64,000 nucleotides of DNA from an uncultured Gemmatimonadales bacterium (GCA_963730185.1 CAVSQW010000013.1:1-64000); one strand, 5' to 3'; counted from the stretch's first letter, positions 50,901-60,580 are shown. Notes: a model not told the origin generated them from the sequence alone. Translations and numbers: made by a program.

Positions 50901-51205
50901 GCGCAGTGGAAGGTGAGATCTACCAGGTAAAGAACCAGAGCGGCCAGGACCCGCTCAACTTCCCGATCAAGCTCAACAACCAGATCGCCGCGCTGATGGG
51001 GGTGGTCGCGAGCACCGAGGCGAAGCCGACGGTGCAGTCCTACGAGGTCTTCAAGGTCCTGTCGGCCCAGCTGGACACCCAGCTGGGTAAGCTCGAGACG
51101 CTGCTCGGCGCCGGCCTGACGGCCGTCAACACCGAGCTGGGCAGGCTGAGTCTGCCGGCCGTGCAGGCCGGCATGTCCGACGGGGCCTCGGACGGCGGCC
51201 CGTGA
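47990..51205 (+). CDS. Secreted BNR/Asp-box (VPS10/sortilin-like) beta-propeller glycosyl-hydrolase-like protein
   Basis: WRNIGPQRGGR; many (S/T)xDGGx(T/S)W repeats; helical C-terminus. Confidence 0.92.
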   Translation: MIVRVARLLAPALLLTAAPVLAQSTIDSSAFKSLSWRNIGPQRGGRSVAVAGSAARPQEYYMGTTGGGVFKTTDGGDDWAPVSDKYFGGSIGAIAVSESNPDIVYVGGGEFPIRGNLSHGDGVYKTTDGGKTWRYMGLIETRHIAKIKISPTNPDVVYVAALGKVFETSPDRGVYKSVDGGESWKKVLFRDDTTGAVDLVMDPNNPDVLYAGLWTAYRRPWTMVSGGTGSGLFKSTDGGETWKEITRNPGLPKGLIGNVGITVSPANSKRLYAIVEADEGGVFRSDDAGATWTRVNAERKLRQRAWYYSRIFADPKDENGVYVLNVQFWKSTDGGRTFPRPYRSHHGDNHDLWVASNNPQRMILGNDGGAEVTVNGGRSWSDVDYPTAQFYHVTTTNNFPYRVCGAQQDNSTVCMSSVPERGTEYADFFDVGGGESGYIAVRPDNPDIVFAGSYGGLLTRTDLRSGFSRDVNAWPLNPMGHSAIDSKYRFQWTFPIVFSPFDPNTLYVGSSVVFKSTNEGESWTAISPDLTRHDPATLGPSGGPITKDQTSVEYYATVFTIVESPVERGVIWAGSDDGLVHVTRDDGKTWTNVTPPGLPKWARISIIDASPHAKGAAYLAANMFQLGDFSPYLYKTSDYGATWTRIDQGITPTEFTRVIREDPVRRGLLFAGTERGVWVSFDDGGAWQPLQLNLPPVPVHDLTVKDNDVVIATHGRGFWILDDISPLRQVTSAVTASDAHLFQPVDAYRTFGRADVHYWLKRGGQKVTLEFLDGQGKVIHAFTSDPDPKWIADSTAMAKAESATRDSLIALGVQPASLKSDEPEGGRNRFEGGWRPTRPESAPNKKGMNTFHWNMRYPEPSAFQGLIMWAAGVFGPQAPPGAYTVRLTVGDKAETQPFKLLKDPRSQATQADLDEQFQFLMKIRDETSKANDAVKTIRNVKAQLANRVSRAPAGRSTALERLVNPLVEQLSAVEGEIYQVKNQSGQDPLNFPIKLNNQIAALMGVVASTEAKPTVQSYEVFKVLSAQLDTQLGKLETLLGAGLTAVNTELGRLSLPAVQAGMSDGASDGGP

Positions 51206-52293
51206 TCCGTCGTCCGAGGCTCTGGGGCCTGGCGGCGCTGGCGCTGGCCGTCGCCGCCGGCTGCGGCGGCGAGAGCCGGTCGCGCCGGGCGGAGTCGGTG
51301 CCGGAAGAGGCGCTGCCGATCGCGGCCGATACCATCCTGGTTCCCTACGCCGGCAGTCTGGTGGCGGCCTGGCTGGACGGTCGGCGGTGGCTCATCGTGG
51401 CGGCCGAGAACGACGCGGCCGTCATCGCCAACTTTGCGACGAAGTCGGTGAGTCCGGTGGGCGGCCCCAGGAACCAGCGGATCAGCAAGCCCTTCTCCGG
51501 CTTCGCGGTGGCCGACACGGCCTATGTGGCCGACTGGGCCAAGCACCGGCTCACGGTGTGGGGGCCCGACGGTGCGCTGGTCGACACCATCCCGGCCCCG
51601 GCGGGCACCCGGGGCACGCTGCCCGAGGCGCGCGACGCCGCCGGGCAGCTCTACTACGAGGTCCCGCCGATCGCCGGCCCGAACGGGGCCGGCAGTCTCG
51701 ACTCGATCTCGATCGTCCGCTCCGACCCGGCCCAGACCCGGTTCGACACCGTTGCGCGCCTCGCCCCCCTCAAGCTGTCGGAGGTCCAGCGGAACAGCGG
51801 CAGGCGCTACGAGCGGCTGGTGTTCAGCGGTAACGACTGGTGGGGCGTCCGGCCCGACGGCCGGGTCTGGATCGCGCGGGTCAATCAGAACCAGGTGAAC
51901 ACCATCGTCGACGGCAAGCAGGTCAAGGGTGAGGATCTGCCTGATCCGGTCTACGAGGTACGGGCCTCGGACCGTCAGGCGTTCATCAACTCGTTTCCGG
52001 AGGAGATGCGGTCCAACGTGACGGACCTCCCGTTCGCGCTGGTCAAGCCACCGTTCGAGCGGGCATTGGCCGATCCGGCCGGGAACGTCTGGCTCGAAAA
52101 GTCACGGGTCTATGGCGACTCGCTCCGGCGCTACCAGGTGGTGGACACGAGCGGGACGCTGGCGAGGGTCTTCACCTCTGTGGGGAACGGCGTGATCATC
52201 GCCGCCGGCCGGGCCGCGCTGCTGATGGTGGAGCAGTACCACGACGGGATCCGCCTGATGGAGATCCGAATCCCCGAGCAACAGGAGCGGTGA
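51202..52293 (+). CDS. Beta-propeller-like lipoprotein (related to the 4548/16327 family)
   Basis: Lipobox AAG-C; DAAGQLYY, KPPF and NVWLEKS motifs resemble the other propeller protein. Confidence 0.78.
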   Translation: MIRRPRLWGLAALALAVAAGCGGESRSRRAESVPEEALPIAADTILVPYAGSLVAAWLDGRRWLIVAAENDAAVIANFATKSVSPVGGPRNQRISKPFSGFAVADTAYVADWAKHRLTVWGPDGALVDTIPAPAGTRGTLPEARDAAGQLYYEVPPIAGPNGAGSLDSISIVRSDPAQTRFDTVARLAPLKLSEVQRNSGRRYERLVFSGNDWWGVRPDGRVWIARVNQNQVNTIVDGKQVKGEDLPDPVYEVRASDRQAFINSFPEEMRSNVTDLPFALVKPPFERALADPAGNVWLEKSRVYGDSLRRYQVVDTSGTLARVFTSVGNGVIIAAGRAALLMVEQYHDGIRLMEIRIPEQQER

Positions 52294-52402
52294 GGGAGTA
52301 GCGGTGAGGGAGTAGTGATCGGGGGCCTCCAAGTCCCCACTCTCCACTCACTCCCTAGTCCCCGCTCCCTAGTCCCTACTCCCTAGCCCCACTCCCTAGC
52401 CC
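52286..52402. repeat. Heptamer/14-mer periodic G-rich then C-rich hairpin element between convergent genes (probable bidirectional terminator)
   Basis: AGCGGTGAGGGAGT x2, then (A/G)CTCCCTAG(T)CCC(C/T) x4. Confidence 0.8.
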
Positions 52403-52409
52403 AACCTGC

Positions 52410-53195
52410 TCACGAATCCCCAAGCTCCCGCAGCCAGACGTTCCGGTACCGCACCCGCTTTCCGTGGTCCTGCAGGGCCAGGGGGAGCCGGTCGGGATGG
52501 GGATGATAGGTGGCCTTGCGGCCGTTGACGGTCTGGCCGGTGATGACGACGTCGTCCTGGATCAGCACCCCGTTCTGGAAAACCGTAACCCGGGCCGGCT
52601 GGGCCACCGAGCTGTCGGGGTTGAAGCGAGGGCGGTGGAAGACGATGTCGTAGCTTTGCCATTGGCCCGGCGGGAGACAGGCGTTGACCAGGGGCGGCGT
52701 CTGTCCGTACACGGCGCCGGCCTGTCCATCGGGGTAGGTGTCGTTCCGGTAGGAGTCCAGAACCTGGATCTCGTAGCTCCCCATCAGAAAGACCCCGCTG
52801 TTGCCCCGCTCCTGGCCCTCGCCCTCCGCGGGGGTCGGGGTGGCCCACTCGAGGTGGAGCTGGACGCTGCCGAACGTCTGCTTGGTCTCGATCGACCCGG
52901 TGCCCGGGGCGACCTCGAAATAGCCCCGGTCGACCTTCCAGAGCGCCGGGAGGTCGTTGCCCTGGCCCTGCCAGGCCGCGAGCGACGTGCCGTCGAAGAG
53001 CACCACGGCGTCGGCCGGGGGAGGGGTCGTGACCGGTCCCTTCACGATCACCCCCCGGGGCCGGGGGCGCTCCATCGAGTGGACGGGCCACTCCTCGGGT
53101 TGCTGGGCCACGGCGGTCTCCACGAGAACGGTACCGAAAACGGCAATCCCGAGCCCGCTCAGGGCGAGCGAGCCGAGCGTCTTGATCATGGTCAT
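52410..53195 (-). CDS. DUF1080 / 3-keto-disaccharide hydrolase family protein
   Basis: VLFDG, GNSGVFL, YEIQVLDS and LQDHG..VRYRNVWLREL. Confidence 0.93.
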   Translation of the reverse strand: MTMIKTLGSLALSGLGIAVFGTVLVETAVAQQPEEWPVHSMERPRPRGVIVKGPVTTPPPADAVVLFDGTSLAAWQGQGNDLPALWKVDRGYFEVAPGTGSIETKQTFGSVQLHLEWATPTPAEGEGQERGNSGVFLMGSYEIQVLDSYRNDTYPDGQAGAVYGQTPPLVNACLPPGQWQSYDIVFHRPRFNPDSSVAQPARVTVFQNGVLIQDDVVITGQTVNGRKATYHPHPDRLPLALQDHGKRVRYRNVWLRELGDS

Positions 53196-53353
53196 GGGTG
53201 GACTCCTATTTCCGAATGCTAGCCCGAGGCGGGGGCACGAGCCAGGATGCGCGGGGCCGCCGGGCGGGGCCCCTGGCTTGATGGAAGGTGGGGCGGGGAG
53301 GTAAGCTCCTCTCTCACCCCCCAACGCGATTTTCGTCGATTTTGGAGAGCCCG

Positions 53354-53812
53354 ATGCCCACCATCTCGGTCAACGGCCAGTCACGGGAAGTCAGCGCTGA
53401 TCCCGCCATGCCCCTCCTCTGGGTGCTCCGGGACGTACTCGGCATGACCGGTACCAAGTACGGTTGCGGAATCGCCCAGTGCGGCGCCTGTACGGTTCAT
53501 CTCGACGGCGAGGCCGTCCGCTCCTGCCAGACTCCCCTGGGCACCGTCGGCGACAAGAAGGTCACGACCATCGAAGGCCTCTCGGACAAGGGCCAGCACC
53601 CGGTTCAGCAGGCCTGGGTCGAGGGCCAGGTGCCCCAGTGCGGCTACTGCCAGAGTGGCCAGATCATGTCGGCCGCCGCGCTGCTCGCCAAGAAGCCCGA
53701 CCCCACCGATCAGGACATCGACCAGTTCATGGCCGGCAACATCTGTCGGTGCGGGACCTATCAACGCATCCGAGCCGCGATCCACCGGGCGGCCGAGTTG
53801 GGGAGGAGCTGA
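53354..53812 (+). CDS. iorA: (2Fe-2S)-binding small subunit of isoquinoline 1-oxidoreductase-type molybdoenzyme
   Basis: [16 protein letters not shown] and CRCGTY. Confidence 0.93.
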   Translation: MPTISVNGQSREVSADPAMPLLWVLRDVLGMTGTKYGCGIAQCGACTVHLDGEAVRSCQTPLGTVGDKKVTTIEGLSDKGQHPVQQAWVEGQVPQCGYCQSGQIMSAAALLAKKPDPTDQDIDQFMAGNICRCGTYQRIRAAIHRAAELGRS

Positions 53813-53815
53813 GCC

Positions 53816-55960
53816 ATGACTCCGGTTACTCGGCGTGACTTCATCCGGACCGGCCTGGCGGTCGGCGGCGGGCTGCTGGTCGCGGTCTACGGCTGCGGCC
53901 CGCGCGGCGAACGGGCGGCCGGCGCCGCTTCGGGACCGGCCTTCGAGCCGAACGCCTTCGTCCGGATCGGCCCGGACGGATCGGTGACGGTGGTTGCGAA
54001 GCACCTGGAGATGGGCCAGGGGACGTATACGGGGCTGGCCACGATCGTGGCGGAGGAGCTCGACGCCGACTGGGGCAAGGTGAAGGTGGTCGGCGCCCCG
54101 GCGGATGCCGCCAAGTACGGGAACTCCGTGTTCGGCGGAATGCAGGGCACCGGTGGGTCGAGCGCGATAGCCAACTCGTGGGATCAGCACCGGAAGGCCG
54201 GCGCCGTCGCCCGGGCGATGCTGATCGCGGCCGCCGCCAAGGAGTGGGGCGTGGGCGCGGACGAGCTCTCAACCGAGCCGGGCGTCGTGGTGCATGCCAA
54301 GTCCAAGCGCCGGGCCGACTACGGCACCCTGGCGGCCACCGCCGCGACCCTCACCGCGCCCGAGGACGTGCCCCTCAAGGACCCGAAGGACTTCCGGCTG
54401 ATCGGGAAGACCGGTCCGACGCCCCGGAAGGACGTGCAGGAAAAGGCCACCGGTACGGCCCGCTTCACCCAGGACGTGCAGATGCCGGGCCTGCTGACCG
54501 CGGTGGTGGCTCACGCGCCCCGCTATGGCGCCAAGGTCAAGTCGTTCGACGCCACCAAGGCGAAGGCGGTCACCGGGGTCGTCGACGTGGTGGAGATTCC
54601 CACCGGCATCGCCGTGCTGGCGGAGAACTACTGGGCGGCCACCGAGGGTCGGAAGGCGCTCACGGTGGAGTGGGACGAGAGCCAGGCGATGAAGGAGAGC
54701 ACCGCCGACATCATGCGCGAGCTCGAGTCGCTGGCCGCCAAGCCGGGCACCGAGATCCGAAAGGAAGGCAACGCCGAGAAAGCGCTGGCCGGCGCGGCCA
54801 AGGTGGTCGAAGCCACCTACGAGGTCCCCTTCCTGGCCCACGCCGCGATGGAGCCGATGAACTGCGTCGTCCAGCTCGGCGCCGATTCGTGCGAGATCTG
54901 GAACGGCGAGCAGTTCCAGACCCCCGACCAGGCCGCCGTCGCCCAGCTGCTCGGCTTCAAGCCCGAGCAGGTCAAGCTCAACATGCTCTACGCCGGCGGC
55001 AGCTTCGGCCGACGGGCCAATCCGCATGGTGACTACGTGGTCGAGGCGGTGACCATCGCCAAGGCGATCGGCGGCAAAGCCCCGGTCAAGATGGTCTGGA
55101 GCCGCGAGGACGACATGCAGGCGGGTTACTTCCGCCCCGCCTTCCTCCACCGGATCAAGGGCGGGCTCGACGCCTCGGGAAATCCGGTCGCGTGGTGGCA
55201 CCGGATCGTCGGGCAATCGATCCTGGCCGGCAGCGTCATGGCCCCGCCCGACGGCAAGGATCCCAGCTCGTTCGAGGGCGCCGCCGATCATCCCTATCCG
55301 GTCGCCAACGTGTATTTCGATCTCCACTCTCCGACCTTCAAGGTCCCGGTCCAGTGGTGGCGGTCGGTCGGGAACACCCACACGGCGTTCGCGGTGGAGT
55401 CGTTCGTCGACGAGCTGGCCCACGCCGCCGGCAAGGACCCGCTCGCCTTCCGGCAGGCCCTCCTGGCCAAGGATCCCCGGCGGCTGGCGGTGCTCAATCT
55501 GGCGGCCGAGAAAGCGGGCTGGGGCACCAATCTTCCGGCCGGCCGAGCCCGCGGCCTGGCGGTCCACAAGTCGTTCAGCTCGTATGTCGCCGAGGTGGCC
55601 GAGGTCTCGCTTCAGAACGGCAAGCCCAGGGTGCACCGGGTGGTGTGCGTGGTCGACTGCGGGATCGTCGTGAATCCCGACGTGGTCAAGGCTCAGATGG
55701 AAGGCGGGATCGCCTACGGTCTCTCGGCCGTCCTATTCGGGTCTAGCGATCTGGACCGGGGCCACGTGATCCAGACCAACTTCGACAAGTACCGGGTCCT
55801 CCGGATCAACGAGATGCCCGAGATCGAGGTGCATCTGGTCGAGTCGACCGAGGCCCCGACCGGCGTGGGCGAGCCCGGTGTGCCGCCGATCGGCCCGGCC
55901 GTGGCCAACGCCCTGTTCGCGTTGACCGGGAAGCCCGTCCGGAAATTCCCGTTGGTGTGA
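53816..55960 (+). CDS. iorB: Molybdopterin-binding large subunit (xanthine oxidase family, IorB-like), Tat signal
   Basis: [38 protein letters not shown] and GVGEPG. Confidence 0.93.
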   Translation: MTPVTRRDFIRTGLAVGGGLLVAVYGCGPRGERAAGAASGPAFEPNAFVRIGPDGSVTVVAKHLEMGQGTYTGLATIVAEELDADWGKVKVVGAPADAAKYGNSVFGGMQGTGGSSAIANSWDQHRKAGAVARAMLIAAAAKEWGVGADELSTEPGVVVHAKSKRRADYGTLAATAATLTAPEDVPLKDPKDFRLIGKTGPTPRKDVQEKATGTARFTQDVQMPGLLTAVVAHAPRYGAKVKSFDATKAKAVTGVVDVVEIPTGIAVLAENYWAATEGRKALTVEWDESQAMKESTADIMRELESLAAKPGTEIRKEGNAEKALAGAAKVVEATYEVPFLAHAAMEPMNCVVQLGADSCEIWNGEQFQTPDQAAVAQLLGFKPEQVKLNMLYAGGSFGRRANPHGDYVVEAVTIAKAIGGKAPVKMVWSREDDMQAGYFRPAFLHRIKGGLDASGNPVAWWHRIVGQSILAGSVMAPPDGKDPSSFEGAADHPYPVANVYFDLHSPTFKVPVQWWRSVGNTHTAFAVESFVDELAHAAGKDPLAFRQALLAKDPRRLAVLNLAAEKAGWGTNLPAGRARGLAVHKSFSSYVAEVAEVSLQNGKPRVHRVVCVVDCGIVVNPDVVKAQMEGGIAYGLSAVLFGSSDLDRGHVIQTNFDKYRVLRINEMPEIEVHLVESTEAPTGVGEPGVPPIGPAVANALFALTGKPVRKFPLV

Positions 55961-55970
55961 TCGTGGCCAG

Positions 55971-56098
55971 TAGGGTTGTGAGTGGTGATTCGGGAGTGGT
56001 GACTAGGGAGGGAGTAGGGAGTTGGCGGTAGGGGGTGTTCCCCCCAATCACCACTCCCCACTCCCTCCCTAGTCACAAGTCACAACTCACAAATCACT
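55971..56098. repeat. Second heptamer-periodic hairpin element between convergent genes
   Basis: Perfect 17-bp stem GTGACTAGGGAGGGAGT (55999-56015) / ACTCCCTCCCTAGTCAC (56060-56076); heptamers AGTCACA-AGTCACA-ACTCACA-AATCACT. Confidence 0.85.
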
Positions 56099-57376
56099 AC
56101 TTCACTATCAAGTTCTCCAACACCTCTTTCGCTTCATCCCCTCCCACCGCGGCCAGCCGTCGGAGCGCGGTCTTCCGGAGCGCGGGATCGGTGTCGGCTT
56201 GCGCGATGCTCTGGATCTTGGCGAGCGAGGCGCGATCGCCGATCCGAGCCAGGGTCTCGATGATCGCCTGGCGCACCCGCCGATCCGTCACCCGGTCGTA
56301 CAGCTCCACCATCTGATCCGAGCTCGCCCCCGCCCGCTCGGCTGCGCGGACGGCCCGGGCCCGGTCGGTGCCGGGCTCGCTCTCGTTGCTCACCAGGGCC
56401 AGGAGCCAGCGGGCGTTCTCGCCGCCGCCGGTGTTGGCGATCACGTCGAGCACGGCGCCGCGGGCCTGGCTCTCGAGTCCCGGCCAGAGCTCCCGCAGGG
56501 CCTCGACGTCGCTCGGCGACGCGTCGCGATCGCCCAGGGACCGGATGGCTTGGACCCTGATCGGAATCGGCAGGTCGGTCTTGGCGGCCGCGCGCCGGAG
56601 CACCGCCCGGGCGCCGGGGTCGTCGCTCCGGCCGAGCCCCGCCAGCGCGGCCTTGGCGATCGCCGGCTCGTCGGCATCGGCGAGCGCCACCAACTCGGGC
56701 ACCGGCCGGCCGACGGTTCGGGAGAGCGAGCTCACGGCCCGGGTCCGGACCGAAATCGGCGTCTCGCGGTTCTGGGCCACCCGGGCCAGGGCCCGACCGA
56801 TCTCTCCGGCGTCGGCGGGGTCGGCCACCGAGATTTCGCGCCCCAGCCAGGATGCGGCCGATTCCCGGAGCCCGCGCGACACCTTGGCGTTGTTCACGAT
56901 CTCGAGCAGACCCCGCCAAGTGGGCGCGCTGTCGGCGACGACGGCGGCCAGAAGGGCTTCCCGGCCGGCCCGGCCATCGAGCCGGACCGCCAGATCGAGG
57001 AAGGCGCGGGCGGCGTCGCCGGCGGGCACCGCTCCCAGATCCTGAGTGCCGGGCGGGAGCGTGGCGCCGGCCGTTCCACCCGAATCGCGACGATCCGGCC
57101 GTCGGCCCGGGTGATCAGCGCCGCCGCCGGCAGGCGCTCGCAGGACCCGTCACCCACTCCGCTGTTCCGGCTGTAGGACCACTCCGTATCACCGAACCAG
57201 GTCGAACTTCCGATCCGGAGCAGGGTGGCGCTGCCGCACACGTCGGCCCGGGCAGCGAAGGTCACGGCGACCCGGCCGTCGGGTCCGCTTTCGAGGCGCC
57301 GGTTCAGGCCCTGGGCGTCGACCGATTCGGCGCAGGCGGCCAGGAAGAGGCAGGTGACGAGACCGAGATAACGCAT
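56097..57376 (-). CDS. HEAT-repeat lipoprotein; one frameshift near 57068 (likely sequencing error)
   Basis: MRYLGLVTCLFLAA-C start; restoring one base joins it to the 56097-57029 HEAT-repeat ORF. Confidence 0.8.
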
Positions 57377-57378
57377 GC

Positions 57379-59088
57379 TCACTTCTCCACGAGCTCGAGG
57401 AGCAGCTTGGTGGTCCGAGGGTCCTTCTTCCGGGCCAGGGCGCTGATGGCCCGCCGACGAATCGACGGGTCGGTGTCGTGTCGGGCGATGTCGAGCAGCT
57501 TGTCGGTCGCCTCGGGCTCGGAACGCGCCCCCAGGATCTGGACCATCGTCGACCGGAGCTCCCGGTCGGTCAGGGTGTCGTACAGCTTGGCCAGCTCGGC
57601 CACGCTCACGTCGGCGCGCTGGAGCCGGCTGAGCGCGGCGGAGCGGAGGCGGGCGTCCTCGGACGGATCGCGGGCCAGGTTCATGAGCCAGGCGTCGCCC
57701 GCGTTGCCCCCGTACTGGGCCATGACCTGGACGATCGCGAGCTTGACCGACCGCGACTGGACCCGCCCGTAGAGCCCCCGGAGATAAGTGGCGTCGTCGT
57801 CGGCCAGCGACGGCCCCTCCCGCCGCCGAGTGACCACCGATGCGTTCTGGCTGCCGCTCGCGACCACCGCGAATGGCATCCACCCGCCACGGGTCAGGCT
57901 CCGGATGGCGCCCACCCGGACCCGCTCGGAGAGGTCCTCGCGCTCGATGATCCGGCGGAGCTCGCGACGAGCGGCCGGGTCCTCGCTCCGACGGAGGCCG
58001 TCCACGACGGCCAGCTGGGTGTTCTCGTCGCTCGACGAGGCCATCAGCTGGGTCAGGATGCTCACCTGGCGATCGCCGGGGAGCTGTCCCAGGCGGGTGA
58101 TCGCGTCGCTCCGGACCCGGGCGCTGGGGTCGTTCTTGGCCGCGTCGAGGAGGGCGTCCGCGGCGTCCGAGTCTCCCGCCTTCCCGAGCAAGTAGACAGC
58201 CCGCCGCCGGAGGGGCTCGGTGCACTCGTCGCGATCGGCGAGCACTCGCTTGATGACCCCGGAGACGCTGCCGGGATCGGTGCCCGCCAGAGCACTCAAG
58301 GCCTCGGCCCGGACTTCCATCTCTTCGCGGTCGCAGGGCTTGTCGCCCTGGTCCGCACCCTGCCGGAGCCGACGGACCGCGTCGGTGTCGCCGCGGGCGG
58401 CCAGGGCACCCATCACCCGGGTGAACAGGACCCGGACGTCGGCGTCGTCCCCGGCCTCGGGGAAGCGCCGGCGCTGTTCGTCCAGCACCTTGACCGCGGC
58501 GCGAAGGTCGTCCTCACGTCCGGCCCGGTAGCGGGCGAAGGCGCGCCAGTACATCGACGCCGCCACGTATCGCGATGAGGGGTTGGCGGTCTCGAACTGG
58601 GTGAAGAGCTCGGCCGCGCGATGGTACTCACCTCGATTGAGGGCCTCCCGCGCCATCCGGTACAGGCTGTCCTCCGGCGCCCCGCGGGCGAAGGCCGGGA
58701 CCCGATCGGCGCTCCGCCCGTCCCAGTTGACGGATTCCAGGGTCGACCGCAGGGGCTCGCCCGCGACGATCAGCGGCGCCTCGTCGAACGAGAAGTCGAG
58801 CGGCTCGGGGGCGAGTGGCGGCTCCGGCGGGAAGGGCACCGACACCGCGAAGGAGCGATCGAAGGCGAGCGGGGCCTCCATGGGGAACGGGACGTCGAGG
58901 TCGAGCGGCTCGCTGGTGATGAAGAGCGGCTCCAGGGACCAGACGTCGGGTGATGGTGGCGCGGGCGCCGGGGCCGGCGTCACGGCGGGCCGGGGCGTTG
59001 CCGGGCGCCGGGCGGGCCGGGCCGGACGCTGGGCTGCGAGCGGCGCCAACGGTACGACGGTGAGCAGCAGCAGGAGGTGAGGCTTCAT
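57379..59088 (-). CDS. Secreted TPR + HEAT-repeat protein (569 aa)
   Basis: Signal peptide; Pro-rich linker; DSLYRMAREALNRGEY TPR; repeated D....VR..A...L HEAT units. Confidence 0.9.
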   Translation of the reverse strand: MKPHLLLLLTVVPLAPLAAQRPARPARRPATPRPAVTPAPAPAPPSPDVWSLEPLFITSEPLDLDVPFPMEAPLAFDRSFAVSVPFPPEPPLAPEPLDFSFDEAPLIVAGEPLRSTLESVNWDGRSADRVPAFARGAPEDSLYRMAREALNRGEYHRAAELFTQFETANPSSRYVAASMYWRAFARYRAGREDDLRAAVKVLDEQRRRFPEAGDDADVRVLFTRVMGALAARGDTDAVRRLRQGADQGDKPCDREEMEVRAEALSALAGTDPGSVSGVIKRVLADRDECTEPLRRRAVYLLGKAGDSDAADALLDAAKNDPSARVRSDAITRLGQLPGDRQVSILTQLMASSSDENTQLAVVDGLRRSEDPAARRELRRIIEREDLSERVRVGAIRSLTRGGWMPFAVVASGSQNASVVTRRREGPSLADDDATYLRGLYGRVQSRSVKLAIVQVMAQYGGNAGDAWLMNLARDPSEDARLRSAALSRLQRADVSVAELAKLYDTLTDRELRSTMVQILGARSEPEATDKLLDIARHDTDPSIRRRAISALARKKDPRTTKLLLELVEK

Positions 59089-59096
59089 GGCGACCT

Positions 59097-59738
59097 CTAT
59101 CGGGTGACGCCGCGGGTATCCGCGAGCAACAGCGTGAGGCGAGGCAGCACGTCGCGCTGAACGAGCGCTTCGCTGACGAAGCGGTTGTCGGCGGCGGGCC
59201 GGGTCCTGGGCATCCGGGCGACCTGAGCCAGCACCAGCTCCAGATCCTCCAGCAGATCGTGCAGGGCAGGCTGGTCCACGCCGGCATCGAGCAGCAGCCG
59301 AGTGGTCGAGAGGAGGTCGCGGGCCCGGTCACGAATGCCCGGGGTGATCGGATCGGTGTGGTGGTCGCCCGCCACCGCGACCAGGAGCGCCGTGGTCTGT
59401 TCCAGGTAGTCGCCGGCGACCCCTACGAACGGATCGGGTGCCGGATCCTCGGCCGGAGGTGGCGCGGCCAGCGCCTGCTCCACGGCCGGTGCGGCCGCGC
59501 CCGGCGCCGGGGCTGCCGGGGCCGCGAGGCGGGCGCCCCCGTAGCCCAGGGCCACCCCGAGCACGAGCATGGCGGCCAGCGCCATCGGGAGGGCCCAGCG
59601 GCGCCGGGCGGCTTGGAGGGCCACCGGGCCGAAGACTCGGGTCTCGACCCGACTCCAGATCCGCTCCAGCGGTGGGTCGGGCAGGCGCTCGCTTCGCGCG
59701 GCCGCCCGCAACAGGGATTCGAGATCAGGTTCGTTCAT
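59097..59738 (-). CDS. Putative single-pass anti-sigma factor
   Basis: Short N-terminal domain, one TM (WALPMALAAMLVLGVALG), helical C-terminus; directly downstream of an ECF sigma. Confidence 0.7.
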   Translation of the reverse strand: MNEPDLESLLRAAARSERLPDPPLERIWSRVETRVFGPVALQAARRRWALPMALAAMLVLGVALGYGGARLAAPAAPAPGAAAPAVEQALAAPPPAEDPAPDPFVGVAGDYLEQTTALLVAVAGDHHTDPITPGIRDRARDLLSTTRLLLDAGVDQPALHDLLEDLELVLAQVARMPRTRPAADNRFVSEALVQRDVLPRLTLLLADTRGVTR

Positions 59739-59751
59739 GAGACCAGCTCCG

Positions 59752-60291
59752 TCAGGGAGCGTGAGCGGCCAGCGCCTCGCGGAGCTGCGCCCGCGCCCGC
59801 ATCAGCCGCGACTTGCAGGTGCCCTCGGGGACTCCGATCATCTGCGAGATCTCGGCGTGGGTGAATCCCTCGAGGTCGAACAGCACCACCGGGACGCGGT
59901 ACATCTCCGGGAGCGCCTCGATCGCGGCCCGGATCCGATCCTCGAGGTCCGGCTCCGGCTGTCGGGCCGGCGCCGGCAGGGCTTCGATCGCCTCCAGCGC
60001 CAGCTCCCGCTCGGCCCGGCGCCGCCTGGTACGGAGTCCGTTCAGGGCCATGGTGACCGCGATCCGATGAATCCACGTGCTCAACCTCGATTCGCCGCGG
60101 AACGTCGTCAGGCGAGTGAACACCTTGACGAACGTGTCCTGGGTGTATTCCTCGGCGAGCACCTCGTCCCGCGCGAGCCGGAAGACCACCCGGTAGACTC
60201 GAGGGGCGTGGGCGTCGTACAGCTCGCGGGCGGCCAAGCGATCGCCAGCGAGGACTCGTGCGATCAGCGCGCGCTCCTCGGGTGCTTCCAT
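59752..60291 (-). CDS. ECF sigma-70 factor (RpoE/SigW-like)
   Basis: GGAG RBS; AEEYTQDTF, FRGESRLSTWIHRIA and THAEISQMIGVPEGTCKSRLMRAR. Confidence 0.95.
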   Translation of the reverse strand: MEAPEERALIARVLAGDRLAARELYDAHAPRVYRVVFRLARDEVLAEEYTQDTFVKVFTRLTTFRGESRLSTWIHRIAVTMALNGLRTRRRRAERELALEAIEALPAPARQPEPDLEDRIRAAIEALPEMYRVPVVLFDLEGFTHAEISQMIGVPEGTCKSRLMRARAQLREALAAHAP

Positions 60292-60316
60292 ATCCGACTC
60301 CGGAATCGGCACTGGG

Positions 60317-60344
60317 TTAGACACCGGAGGCCCCGGGGCGGTTC
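60317..60344 (-). promoter_or_regulatory. Candidate autoregulatory ECF promoter GAACCG-N17-TCTAA
   Basis: Resembles the RpoE/AlgU-type GAAC(tt)-N16/17-TCTnA consensus; 25 nt upstream of the sigma ATG. Confidence 0.6.
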
Positions 60345-60580
60345 ACCCCGCAGGCACCGACGGTTGGTATGGCGGAGGAGGATCGATCCGGGGCCGGGGG
60401 CGCGGGCCGCGGGGGAGCCCGTGGAGGGCGCGGACACCGGAGTGGTGGACCCGAGGCGTCGGCCCCAGGTCGGTCGGCGGCGCCCACCCGGTCGGCGGGC
60501 AGCAGATCGACCGACGGGCCGTGCAGGGCTCTTCCCAGCCGGTCAGCTCGAGGTCAGGGACCTCCTCGCGGGCGACTATC

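Noticed and set aside
6265..55636. Many long antisense or alternate-frame ORFs (e.g. 6265-8319, 18811-20946, 25827-28169, 35146-37581, 40768-42723, 54269-55636)
   Set aside because: Shadow ORFs expected in high-GC DNA: Arg/Gly/Pro-rich, motif-free, and overlapping well-supported genes.
52286..56098. Short repeats as CRISPR arrays
   Set aside because: Units are 7-14 nt, tandem, without unique spacers, and no cas genes are present.
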